Below are positions 1-9,126 of a stretch of DNA of 64,000 nucleotides, in pieces. The stretch comes from Clostridiaceae bacterium (GTDB taxonomy: Bacteria > Bacillota > Clostridia > Saccharofermentanales > DTU023): the NCBI GenBank assembly GCA_012838795.1, contig DUOO01000003.1, positions 568-64,567 of the forward strand. Reading direction: 5' to 3'. Made by a program: the position numbers and the translations under genes. The notes below the pieces were generated by a model that ran no database searches, had not been told where the DNA came from, and saw only the letters and a list, made by a program, of their open reading frames with translations. Each line of letters starts with the position of its first letter. Within the stretch, counting starts at the first letter, position 1.

Positions 1-2
1 AC

Positions 3-590
3 CTGATGGCTGAGATTTTATGTGAAAATCATCGTCCTCAAATGGCGACAGTTCGTCCGGGTGTTATGGTTAGAAAGATTAAAAATGATAATCATATTGG
101 AGAAATAATAGAATTTGATTTTGAACTTAAAAAAAATAATTGTTTTGTGACAGTAGAGGAAGTTATTAAGTTAACTAAAAATAAAACCGATATTCAAAAA
201 GCAAATATTTTAATTTCTGGAGGACGTGGGGTAGGAAATCCTGAAAGTTTTTCCATCTTGCAGGAGTTAGCAGATGTTCTTGGTGGAGAAGTAGCTGGTT
301 CAAGAGGTGCGGTAGATGCAGGCTGGATCGACAAGGATATTCAGGTAGGACAAACAGGGAAAACGGTTCGGCCTACTCTTTATTTTGCTATTGGTATTTC
401 CGGAGCTATACAACATGTTGCAGGAATGGAAGAATCAGACTTTATTATTGCTATAAATAAGGATCCGGATGCCTTAATCTTTAATATTGCTGATGTAGGT
501 ATCGTTGGTGATTTGTTTGAAATAGTACCTAAGTTAACGAAAGCTATCAAAACTGAGCGAGCGAGAAAAGAAGTTACTTTCAACTTATAG
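3..590 (+). CDS. etfA: Electron transfer flavoprotein alpha subunit (5' end lies outside the window)
   Basis: RPQMATVRPG, ISGGRGVG, GSRGAVDAGW, QVGQTGKTV, GISGAIQH and AINKDPDA FAD-domain motifs; frame is open to the window edge. Confidence 0.95.
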   Translation: MMAEILCENHRPQMATVRPGVMVRKIKNDNHIGEIIEFDFELKKNNCFVTVEEVIKLTKNKTDIQKANILISGGRGVGNPESFSILQELADVLGGEVAGSRGAVDAGWIDKDIQVGQTGKTVRPTLYFAIGISGAIQHVAGMEESDFIIAINKDPDALIFNIADVGIVGDLFEIVPKLTKAIKTERARKEVTFNL

Positions 591-609
591 TTTAAGAGAG
601 GAGAAAACG

Positions 610-3456
610 ATGTCTGTCGAAAGAAGAGTTTTAGTAATCAACGGAGTAGAGCGATCATTTTTATGCGACAGCGAAGATAGTTTGGCTGAAGCAATACGCA
701 ACCTGGGATTAACCGGGACGAAAATCGGCTGCGGTGCGGGTCAATGTGGAGCCTGCAATGTGATACTCGATGGCAAACTTATACGCTCTTGTGTCAGAAA
801 AATGAGCAAAGTAAAAGACCACAGCTCAGTTATCACCATCGAAGGATTGGGAACGGCAAACAATCTTCATCCTTTACAGCTTTCCTGGATGGTCAACGGA
901 GGAGTACAATGCGGATTTTGTTCACCTGGCTTTATCGTCTCGGCAAAAGCTCTGCTGGATGAAAATCCCAAGCCCACACGTTCCGACGTCAGAGATTGGT
1001 TCCAAAAAAATCGCAACGCATGTCGGTGCACCGGTTATAAACAGTTGGTAGATGCCGTAATGGACGCAGCCGCCGTAATGCGTGGCGAAAAGACGATGGA
1101 AGATTTGATGAGGAAAGCAGGCTCATCCGACGAAAAAGTCTTCAATACACGTCATATACGTCCTGCTGCCCTCGGAAAGGTTCTGGGCGAAACCGACTTT
1201 GGAGATGATATCGCTGTCAAGGCAGAAGGTGCATGGCATTTGGCTCCGGTAACATCCGATGTTGCTCATGCGAATATACTCAATATAGATTATAGCGAAG
1301 CGGAGAAAGCTCCCGGAGTGCGTCAAATAATTACCGCAAAAGATGTTAAAGGAATGAACAGGATTACCTGGCCGGTATCTTCTATATTTTCAAAAGCCGA
1401 CGGCTTTGAAAGACCGATACTGTGCGATACGAAGGTGTTCAGATACGGAGATGTAATAGCGCTGGTTGCTGCCGATACGAGGAAACAGGCACGGGAGGCG
1501 GCGAAGCTAGTAAAAGTGGAATATGAATTGTTGCTTGCATACGACACCGTTTTGGAGGCGATGGCCGAGGATGCACAGGAAATTCATCCCGGCATTCCCA
1601 ACACTTTTCTTTACAAACCCCGTTACAAGGGTAAGGATACAAGAGAGATTTTCCCCGAAGCTGCATATGTGGTTGAAGGCAGCAGTTCAACGACCATGCA
1701 GCCCCATATGCCCATAGAGCCGGAGTCGGGACAGGCATTTGTAGACAAGGACGGCACTCTTACCGTTATGTACAAAACTCACGGTGTTTATACATCAAAG
1801 AATCTGATCGCAGCCGGAGTAGGGTTGGAACCGGATAAAATCAGAATAATTCTGAATCCCGCGGGAGGGACATTCGGTTATGCTCTTTCACCGGGGTACG
1901 CAGCACTTCTGGGAGTGGCGGCACTTGCAACAAACCATCTTGTAACCATGACTATGTCGTATGAAGAGCATCAACGCTATACAGGTAAGAGGCCCAGTTC
2001 GTATACCAACGGCAGACTTGCCTGCGATAAAGACGGCAAGATTATAGGACAGGAACTTCACATGGCTTTCGACAAAGGTTGCTACACCGAATTAGCGGAC
2101 ATGGCCGGTAAGGCAATCAATTTTGCCGGTTGGCCGTACAATGTTCCGAACATACTAAACCTTTCATCTTATACATTCACGAATAGGGCATTTACTACGG
2201 CATATCGAGCACCCCTGGCTACAGACGTATTCATGAATTACGAGATGCTTGTGGATATGATGGCGGAAAAAATCGGTATGGACCCGTGGGATTTTCGATA
2301 CAAGAATGTATTGAGAGAGGGAGAAATTTTACCTCATGGCAGAAAGGTGGCAAACTATAACTATACAAAACTTCTGGATTTGGCCAAGCCTAAATATGAA
2401 GAATTGAAAAAGCATGCGAAAGAGAATTCGACTCCCGAAAAACAGCTCGGTGTCGGCATTTCCATAGGCGGATTTACGTGCGGCTCTGTAGGAGATCGTG
2501 CCGAAATAATGCTCGAACTCAATCCGGACGGAACTGTTACAAACTTCTGCACATGGCAGGATGTAGGGCAAGGCGGAGACGTCGGTGCTTTGGCATTCAC
2601 TCACGAGGCATTAAGACCTTTGGGGCTTACACCCGAACAGATAAGGTTGGTGTTGAGCGATACGGGGCAGTGTCCCAATGCCGGGTACTCGGCGGGCAGT
2701 CGCTCAAACATCATGTGCGGAAGTGCAACCCTGGATGCTGCGGACAAGCTCTTGAAAGCCATGAAAAAAGAGGACGGCACGTATAGAACATACGACGAGA
2801 TGGTAAAAGACGGCATACCTACAAAGTATTTGGGTGTGTATGAACGGGATCCCAACCCGTTTGCATCCGGACCGGACGATGTCTTTGATGAAAATATCGG
2901 CTATGCGGTTATTGCACAAGAAGCTTCTGTCGGAGTATTTGTAACCGAAGTTGAGGTTGATGTTGCCACAGGAAAGGTACGTGTATTGGATATGCATGTC
3001 TTTTCGGATATCGGAACTGTTGTAAACTACACGTCGGCCGACGGTCAGGCCTATGGCGGTATGCAGCATTCTATAGGATATGCCCTTTCGGAAGATTTCA
3101 GAGACATGAAGAAACATGTCAACCTGATCGGTGCAGGTTTCACGTTTATCGAGTCTGTTCCTGATGGGGATCATTACACGGTTACCTACTTGGAAGAACC
3201 GAGAATGGACGATCCATATGGTGCAGGAGGCGGCGCGGAGTCATTCCAGTCTGCTGGACATATATCCATTCTCAACGCCGTTTACAATGCCAGCGGCGTG
3301 CGAATGACTGAACTGCCTGCCACGCCCGACAAGGTGAAAAAGGCGCTCGACGATAAAGCGAAGGGTATCAAGCGGAAACAAGAAAAGTACGATATCGGAG
3401 ACTTCTACGGAATCTTAGATTATCTCAAAGCAAATCCTGTCTACAGGACAGAGTAA
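610..3456 (+). CDS. Molybdopterin-dependent aldehyde oxidoreductase (xanthine oxidase family, Mop type: 2x[2Fe-2S] plus Moco domains, no FAD domain)
   Basis: CGAGQCGAC...C and QCGFC...CRC Fe-S motifs; GGTFG, WQDVGQG, AGSR, GQAYGG; catalytic Glu in GAGGGAE; SD GAGGAG upstream. Confidence 0.92.
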   Translation: MSVERRVLVINGVERSFLCDSEDSLAEAIRNLGLTGTKIGCGAGQCGACNVILDGKLIRSCVRKMSKVKDHSSVITIEGLGTANNLHPLQLSWMVNGGVQCGFCSPGFIVSAKALLDENPKPTRSDVRDWFQKNRNACRCTGYKQLVDAVMDAAAVMRGEKTMEDLMRKAGSSDEKVFNTRHIRPAALGKVLGETDFGDDIAVKAEGAWHLAPVTSDVAHANILNIDYSEAEKAPGVRQIITAKDVKGMNRITWPVSSIFSKADGFERPILCDTKVFRYGDVIALVAADTRKQAREAAKLVKVEYELLLAYDTVLEAMAEDAQEIHPGIPNTFLYKPRYKGKDTREIFPEAAYVVEGSSSTTMQPHMPIEPESGQAFVDKDGTLTVMYKTHGVYTSKNLIAAGVGLEPDKIRIILNPAGGTFGYALSPGYAALLGVAALATNHLVTMTMSYEEHQRYTGKRPSSYTNGRLACDKDGKIIGQELHMAFDKGCYTELADMAGKAINFAGWPYNVPNILNLSSYTFTNRAFTTAYRAPLATDVFMNYEMLVDMMAEKIGMDPWDFRYKNVLREGEILPHGRKVANYNYTKLLDLAKPKYEELKKHAKENSTPEKQLGVGISIGGFTCGSVGDRAEIMLELNPDGTVTNFCTWQDVGQGGDVGALAFTHEALRPLGLTPEQIRLVLSDTGQCPNAGYSAGSRSNIMCGSATLDAADKLLKAMKKEDGTYRTYDEMVKDGIPTKYLGVYERDPNPFASGPDDVFDENIGYAVIAQEASVGVFVTEVEVDVATGKVRVLDMHVFSDIGTVVNYTSADGQAYGGMQHSIGYALSEDFRDMKKHVNLIGAGFTFIESVPDGDHYTVTYLEEPRMDDPYGAGGGAESFQSAGHISILNAVYNASGVRMTELPATPDKVKKALDDKAKGIKRKQEKYDIGDFYGILDYLKANPVYRTE

Positions 3457-3477
3457 ACAGAATCATTCAAGCAGAAC

Positions 3478-3512
3478 TTTCTGGGCCATCGATATAATCG
3501 ATGGCCCAGAAA
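3478..3512 (+). terminator. Perfect 16-bp stem-loop inside the operon (terminator or mRNA-stabilising hairpin)
   Basis: TTTCTGGGCCATCGAT-ATA-ATCGATGGCCCAGAAA; only a weak U-tract follows. Confidence 0.6.
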
Positions 3513-3556
3513 TCAATTTCTTACAATTTATTTCGAGCAAAAGAAACAAACGGAAA

Positions 3557-4702
3557 ATGATCTATTTAGATAATGCTGCAACTTCATGGCCAAAGCCGGA
3601 ATCTGTGTATGATGCAATAGTGGACTGCATGAAAAACAAAGGCGGCAATCCCGGCAGATCCGGGCATAAATTCTCCATTTCGGCTGCACAGATTTTGGAC
3701 AGGGCACGATTCTCTTTGGCCAAACTGTTTCATATCCGGGATCCGAAACAGCTCGTTTTCTGTTTCAACACAACCGATGCATTGAATCTGGGTATCAACG
3801 GCGTATTGGCTTCGGGTGATCATGTGATAACAAGTTCTATGGAACATAATTCGGTTACACGACCTTTGGAACATCAAGCCCTGAAAGGCGTGAAATATAC
3901 AAAGATTCATATGGATCCCGTAAAAGGTATAGATATCGAGGAGCTCAAACGTTCCATAACTCCCAAAACAAAATTGGTTGCAATAACACACTCTTCCAAT
4001 GTAACCGGAACGATGAATCCCATCAAAGAAATCGGCGAAATATGCAAAAACGAAAATATCATTTTTCTCGTCGATGCTGCACAGACCGCAGGCTGTGTTC
4101 CCATCGATGTTTACGAAATGGGTATAGATTTACTGGCGTTTCCCGGCCACAAGGGCCTTTTGGGACCTTTGGGTACAGGCTGCCTCTATATCAATGAAGG
4201 TCTTGCATTAGAGCCTGCCAGATACGGCGGAACCGGTATTTACTCGGAGATGAAAATGCAGCCGGACGAATTGCCTTTCAGATACGAGTCGGGTACTCAA
4301 AATGCACCGGGATTGGCCGGCTTGCATGCAGGGGTTTCATATATACTTGACAAAACCGTCGAATCTGTTTGCGAACAAGAGCAAAAGCTTACAGGGATAC
4401 TGATGAAAGAATTGTCAGCAATTAAGGATGTAACCGTTTACGGATATCCTTCCGAGGGGCCGAGAACTTCAGCTGTATCTTTTAATATAAAAAATATGAA
4501 TTGTACAGAGGTTGCTATGATTCTGGATACCTCTTTTGATATTGCGGTAAGAGCCGGTCTTCATTGTGCGCCCGATGCGCACATAACGCTCGGAACGATG
4601 AAAGTGGGCGGAACAATAAGGGTCAGTAGTGGAGTTTTTACCACAGAAGATGATATAATGAAACTTGTAAGTGCTATAAAAGAAATCCTATCCGATAGTT
4701 AA
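3557..4702 (+). CDS. Cysteine desulfurase family protein (class V PLP aminotransferase)
   Basis: IYLDNAATS, MEHNS, DAAQTAG, PGHK (PLP lysine), RAGLHCAP (catalytic Cys). Confidence 0.93.
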   Translation: MIYLDNAATSWPKPESVYDAIVDCMKNKGGNPGRSGHKFSISAAQILDRARFSLAKLFHIRDPKQLVFCFNTTDALNLGINGVLASGDHVITSSMEHNSVTRPLEHQALKGVKYTKIHMDPVKGIDIEELKRSITPKTKLVAITHSSNVTGTMNPIKEIGEICKNENIIFLVDAAQTAGCVPIDVYEMGIDLLAFPGHKGLLGPLGTGCLYINEGLALEPARYGGTGIYSEMKMQPDELPFRYESGTQNAPGLAGLHAGVSYILDKTVESVCEQEQKLTGILMKELSAIKDVTVYGYPSEGPRTSAVSFNIKNMNCTEVAMILDTSFDIAVRAGLHCAPDAHITLGTMKVGGTIRVSSGVFTTEDDIMKLVSAIKEILSDS

Positions 4703-4720
4703 TTATTTTGAGGTTAGAAT

Positions 4721-5740
4721 ATGAAAAATATGGAACGCTACAAAAGACAGATGACTTTTGAGCAATTGGGTGAGGCGGGACAAGAAAAGCTGCTCAATTC
4801 ACGGGTTTGTATTATCGGAGTAGGCGCTTTGGGCTCAATCATCGCCAACGACTTGTGTCGAGCAGGGGTTGGCTTTATTCGTTTCATTGACAGAGACTTT
4901 GTAGAAAAGATCAATCTTCAAAGGCAGATTTTATTTACCGAAAAAGATGCAGCAGAAGGTTTGCCGAAGGCTGAAGCTGCGCATCAAAAACTATTGCAAG
5001 CAAACTCCGAAATAGAACTGGAATCCATCATATCCGATGTCAATTCTTCCAATATCGAAGATTACATAAAAGATGCAGATCTTGTCATTGACGGAACAGA
5101 CAATTTCGAAACACGATTTCTGATCAACGAAGCGTGTCACAAGCATTGCATCAGCTGGATCTATGGCGGCGTTATAGCCGGTGGCGGTGCCACCATGAAT
5201 TTTTTAAATGACGGCGGCCCGTGTTTCAGATGCTTTCTGCCCGATATGCCTGACCCAGGTTCCTATCCAACATGCAGCACCGTCGGAGTAATCAATCCGA
5301 TAACCGGGATAATTGCATCTTACGAAGTTGCCGAAGCCATGAAGATCTTAACCGGATCTCCTCAAGTTCGCAGAACCTATATGGCAATCGATGTTTGGGA
5401 GAATACGGTTGATTTTATCGAAATAGAAAAAATTTCCGACTGTCCGGTTTGTGCACAAAAAAAATATGAATTGTTAAATAGACCTGCTTCTTCCTATTCG
5501 ACGAGCTTATGCGGGCATGACTCATGGCAGATCATACCCGATGGTGATGTGAAAGCGGATTTTGAAACCTTGGCTTCTGCATTAGAAAGACACGGTGATG
5601 TAAAGGTCAGTAAGTTTTCGCTTCGTTTTCATAGCGAGAATGTGTCTTTCAAGATTTTCCCCGATGGCAGAGCAATTATCGATCGTGTCAAGAACGGCCG
5701 TGAAGCCAAGGAAATATACAACGATTATATCGGACTGTAA
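4721..5740 (+). CDS. ThiF/MoeB family adenylyltransferase (E1-like)
   Basis: RYKRQ, GVGALG, DRDFVEKINLQRQ, DGTDN, CFRC and CPVC zinc motifs. Confidence 0.93.
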   Translation: MKNMERYKRQMTFEQLGEAGQEKLLNSRVCIIGVGALGSIIANDLCRAGVGFIRFIDRDFVEKINLQRQILFTEKDAAEGLPKAEAAHQKLLQANSEIELESIISDVNSSNIEDYIKDADLVIDGTDNFETRFLINEACHKHCISWIYGGVIAGGGATMNFLNDGGPCFRCFLPDMPDPGSYPTCSTVGVINPITGIIASYEVAEAMKILTGSPQVRRTYMAIDVWENTVDFIEIEKISDCPVCAQKKYELLNRPASSYSTSLCGHDSWQIIPDGDVKADFETLASALERHGDVKVSKFSLRFHSENVSFKIFPDGRAIIDRVKNGREAKEIYNDYIGL

Positions 5741-5802
5741 GACCGTGAATTGGCTGGTCGGCAGCATGGTAGAATGTGTATTGAATGGAAAGGAGCGCAC
5801 CC

Positions 5803-6036
5803 TTGAAAGTGTTTGTTGAATTTCAATCTTTAATGAAAAAATTTAATAACTGGCAAGCAAGCAAAGAGATAGAGCTTCCTGACGGTGCCGATACGAACGA
5901 TTTATTGGAATCTCTTAAAATTGATGTTAAAAAGGATCTGGGTTTCATCATAGTCAATGGTATAAAAATCAACAATGAGGCCGTTCTTAAAGAAGGTGAT
6001 CAAATAAAACTGTTTCCGAAAGCGTTCGGCGGTTAA
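5803..6036 (+). CDS. MoaD/ThiS family ubiquitin-like sulfur carrier
   Basis: C-terminal GG (FPKAFGG*), VNG...LKEGDQI; TTG start at 5803 preferred because AAGGAG at 5790-5795 precedes it (ORF track starts at 5785). Confidence 0.88.
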   Translation: MKVFVEFQSLMKKFNNWQASKEIELPDGADTNDLLESLKIDVKKDLGFIIVNGIKINNEAVLKEGDQIKLFPKAFGG

Positions 6037-6051
6037 TCTGCTCTGCGGACA

Positions 6052-6444
6052 TCAATCGTGTTCTGCCGATCCTTCTGACGGGCAACCAGCACCGCCTATA
6101 TAATCCGTTATATAGCTGAGTTGTTCCATTTCCATCATTTTCAAAGCGGCACTGGCTTTTTTGTCGCTTCCGTCAAACCTTGTCACCTGACATTCATCAG
6201 CGATTACCAAAAACGGTACTTCTTCGATTTGCCCGCAAATTACAACTTCACAATCCATTGCGACGATTTGCTTCGCAAAAAAGATGTCTCCGTCTCCTTG
6301 AGTTTTGGCTTTATTAAAAACTTTGATTATTTCGCCACAAACTCCCGCTTCGTCATCGTAGATGATTAAAAAATCTCCCTGATTGTAAAATTCGGGAATG
6401 ATACCCTCGAGCGTTCCCTCTTTTGCGATGATTGCCGTTCTCAA
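6052..6444 (-). CDS. NifB/NifX family (iron-molybdenum cofactor-binding) protein
   Basis: 130 aa, MRTAI..., FLIIYD, CEVVICGQI pattern typical of the NifX fold; TTG start with GAGGAGG SD. Confidence 0.65.
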   Translation of the reverse strand: MRTAIIAKEGTLEGIIPEFYNQGDFLIIYDDEAGVCGEIIKVFNKAKTQGDGDIFFAKQIVAMDCEVVICGQIEEVPFLVIADECQVTRFDGSDKKASAALKMMEMEQLSYITDYIGGAGCPSEGSAEHD

Positions 6445-6449
6445 TTCGG

Positions 6450-6551
6450 TTACCTCCTCTGGAAACCACGCTTTCGGAAGGCCATTGGCCTTCTGAGAAC
6501 GCGGTTTCCAAAAATAACTTCTTTGCTTGAATTCATTGAAATGTTCCTCAT
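6450..6551 (-). CDS. Putative 33-aa basic small ORF / leader peptide (MRNISMNSSKEVIFGNRVLRRPMAFRKRGFQRR)
   Basis: AGGAGG SD 7 nt before ATG; its last codons contain the SD of the NifX-like gene; below the ORF-track cutoff. Confidence 0.35.
   Translation of the reverse strand: MRNISMNSSKEVIFGNRVLRRPMAFRKRGFQRR
6460..6512. repeat. Imperfect palindrome (25-bp arms, 21/25) whose right arm is a perfect 27-bp inverted copy of 8645-8671
   Basis: TGGAAACCACGCTTTCGGAAGGCCA-T-TGGCCTTCTGAGAACGCGGTTTCCAAA. Confidence 0.9.
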
Positions 6552-6573
6552 TTTCTAACCTCCTGAGAGGTAT

Positions 6574-6632
6574 TTTTCAGGAACATTTTTTTTGATTCAA
6601 CGTATTTATTTTCAGGTGCATTTTTTTTGATT
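6574..6632. promoter_or_regulatory. 24-bp direct repeat (22/24, period 35) in the divergent promoter region; candidate regulator-binding site
   Basis: TTTTCAGGAACATTTTTTTTGATT (6574-6597) and TTTTCAGGTGCATTTTTTTTGATT (6609-6632). Confidence 0.45.
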
Positions 6633-6813
6633 TGATTCGGCATCTTGTATTTCTTCGTGAAATCGTATAAAATAATATCACAACTCGTTATAAATTTGAT
6701 TAAACACAATTTCATCACTCTAAAATCTACATTAATCTATTTTAATCATAAGCACAGAGAAAATTATTATTATTATTATTATAAATTCAAAGAAACAGAC
6801 GAGATATAGCTTT

Positions 6814-8088
6814 ATGGAATTATTTAAAACACCTGGTTCTGAAGAAATAAATGCAATGCTCTTGGAAATTTTATTTTGTAAACGCAATTTTGAAGAAATC
6901 ATACAAGAAATTAGTGATTTTTTGAAAAATCCTATAGTTGTTATAGATAATGCTTATTACATTGTATGTTCTTCTAGAGTAGAAGATATTGTTGATCCGG
7001 TTTGGTCCAAGAACATAGAGCGTTCTTATTGCGATTTGGATTTTATTATAGGATTTAATAGTCAACCTTCTGTTGTTATAGGCAAAAAATCAGCAGGATC
7101 ATTTTTCGTATTATGCACTAAGACGCCCTATAGAAAAATTGTTTGCCCTCTTTATAATGACAACTCAACTGAAAGCATTGGGTTTATCGTATTAATAGCC
7201 TGTCAACACGAAGTAGACGAAAAAATATTACAGTTCATGGACAAAATATCGTTTATTCTATCACTAAAATTGAATTCAGTTGACACTTCACAAGATAGTA
7301 GCAATTATACTGATAAGAAAATTTTATCTAATATTCTGAGTGGTTCATTTATAAATAGGGAAAATTTGGATGAGCGCTTTAAGATAGCTAGTACTGTTTT
7401 ATCAAATAATTTTTATATAGCATGCATTAATTTAAATAAAAAATTTTCAAAATTTAACTATGCTATAGCCGAATCTGAAAATAAAAATACTTTTCAATTT
7501 TTTATGCAAGAGAATTTCAATAACCACTTGTACATCCAAAAAGATGATTATTTGGTTCTAATTCTCCCACAAGAAAATTTCAAAAAAGATATTGATTTGT
7601 TAAATTATTATTTGCCGTCCTATGGTAAAAAGGCAGGGATTAGTTTAGTTGTTGAAAACTATAATGATACTTCAATCGGCTTCAAACAAGCCCAAAAAGC
7701 TCTTTGCATAGGTCATGTAGCATCTCCTGAATTGAACGTTTACTTATATCAGAATTTTTCGTTTTTTGAACTATTGGATGACCTAGATCCAAATTTCGTT
7801 CTCAAAAATTATCAGCATTCTATCCTAATGAAGCTACAAAAGTATGATGAGGAAAATGATTCTGAATTATATGACACTCTTTTTTATTATCTGTTTTACC
7901 ATAAAAGTTTAAAAAGAGCTGCCGACAAAATATTCTTACATCGTAACACAATTCACAGCAGGATTAATAAAATTGAAGAATTATTTGAAATTGATTTAAA
8001 TGATATTTATTTGTGCCATGCATTATTAGGAAGTTTTTTCACAACTACCTTTGCTAGAAATAAGCTCAGTAATTTATCTGATGATTAA
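6814..8088 (+). CDS. PucR/CdaR family transcriptional regulator
   Basis: N-terminal LKNPIVVID motif; C-terminal HTH LYDTLFYYL...AADKIFLHRNTIHSRINKIEELFEIDL. Confidence 0.9.
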   Translation: MELFKTPGSEEINAMLLEILFCKRNFEEIIQEISDFLKNPIVVIDNAYYIVCSSRVEDIVDPVWSKNIERSYCDLDFIIGFNSQPSVVIGKKSAGSFFVLCTKTPYRKIVCPLYNDNSTESIGFIVLIACQHEVDEKILQFMDKISFILSLKLNSVDTSQDSSNYTDKKILSNILSGSFINRENLDERFKIASTVLSNNFYIACINLNKKFSKFNYAIAESENKNTFQFFMQENFNNHLYIQKDDYLVLILPQENFKKDIDLLNYYLPSYGKKAGISLVVENYNDTSIGFKQAQKALCIGHVASPELNVYLYQNFSFFELLDDLDPNFVLKNYQHSILMKLQKYDEENDSELYDTLFYYLFYHKSLKRAADKIFLHRNTIHSRINKIEELFEIDLNDIYLCHALLGSFFTTTFARNKLSNLSDD

Positions 8089-8644
8089 AAGCAGCAAGAG
8101 TAAGTGTCAAGATGCTAATAAATATTATGCAGTAATGAACCAAGCACTCCGTCGATTATAGGCCATTAATTGCAAGAATGGGCGAGTTATTCCTTCAGTA
8201 AAAGAACAGAATTGATCTTTCTTCTTTAAGAATGCCTACCCTAACGGTTCTGCTGTGAATTATATCCTGAATTAAAGAAACAAGTTTCAGTTAAAATGCA
8301 AAGGAAAAGTCGGAAATTTTGAAAGAAACTTCTCATCACACATACATATTAGTACCTAAAAATCAAAAGCTACAAGATACCTTGTATTAAGTTAATGAAA
8401 ATTCGTCCGCCTATGAATCCATATTGTAAAGATGTATTACTACACTTCCGTTTATCTATAGTTTTTAAAGCTCGACTAGCAGAAAATAGTAGCATGCTAA
8501 TCTGTCTAAAATTAATTTGTCACTTACCTTGGTAGTTTCTTGAATCTGTGATCCTTACCAAAAAAACTATATTTTATAAAAACAGATTTTCATTATAAAA
8601 TAATTCTCTATCAACCTTATCTATAGATTTTTTTGTAGTTTCTC

Positions 8645-8673
8645 TTTGGAAACCGCGTTCTCAGAAGGCCATT
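8645..8673. repeat. Further copy of the 27-bp motif (inverted relative to 6486-6512, direct relative to 6460-6486)
   Basis: TTTGGAAACCGCGTTCTCAGAAGGCCA(TT). Confidence 0.9.
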
Positions 8674-8943
8674 TCCAACTAGGAGAGGCGGAAATAGATA
8701 TTTCGAGAACAAGACTTAATGAACTCCAGGAAAACGATTGCAAACCATCCAAAATGTACGGAGCCACAAGAGTATTTGAGCTAGTAGAAGAAATTAAGAA
8801 TACTAAAATTTGAAGATTGTATCTAATGCAAAATAGAACGGCATTTGCCGTACTGTTGTCTCGTAACGGTTTCTTCCTTTATTCATTATAGTAGAAAAAT
8901 CAGTTTGTTTCAGTTGTACTTTTTTATTCTGGTTCGGTATATC

Positions 8944-9040
8944 AATAACCACGAAATTCCGAAGGTGTTTGAAACTCAATACGGAAGATTTAACAATCAC
9001 AATAATGGCGAATTCCCAAGTTGGCTGGGAAAAGAAGACT
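8944..9040 (+). pseudogene. 97-bp duplicated internal fragment of the gene at 10424-11230
   Basis: 92/97 nt identical to 10580-10676; NNHEIPKVFETQYGRFNNHNNGEFPSWLGKED vs NNYEIPNVFETQYGRFNNNNNGEFPSWLEKED. Confidence 0.85.
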
Positions 9041-9074
9041 GTGAATATATAAGGGCCTTATTTAAAAGTACAAC

Positions 9075-9103
9075 TTGAAAATAGTGCCCTCGTTTAGTAT
9101 TAT
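9075..9103 (+). promoter_or_regulatory. Putative sigma-A promoter of the ATPase gene
   Basis: TTGAAA-17 bp-TATTAT, 23 nt upstream of ATG 9127. Confidence 0.55.
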
Positions 9104-9126
9104 TAACTTAGTTAGGGGGCGATCAA

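Noticed and set aside
5741-5802. Moco/Wco riboswitch before the moaD-like gene (TGGAAAGGAG)
   Set aside because: Only the SD-like 3' end matches; the gap is too short and the complementary GCCTCC strand is missing
8646-8813. 55-codon open frame LETAFSEGHFQLGEAEIDISRTRL...KNTKI* starting in the 27-bp repeat
   Set aside because: No SD or convincing start and no family recognised; may be a 3' gene remnant but cannot be supported without a search
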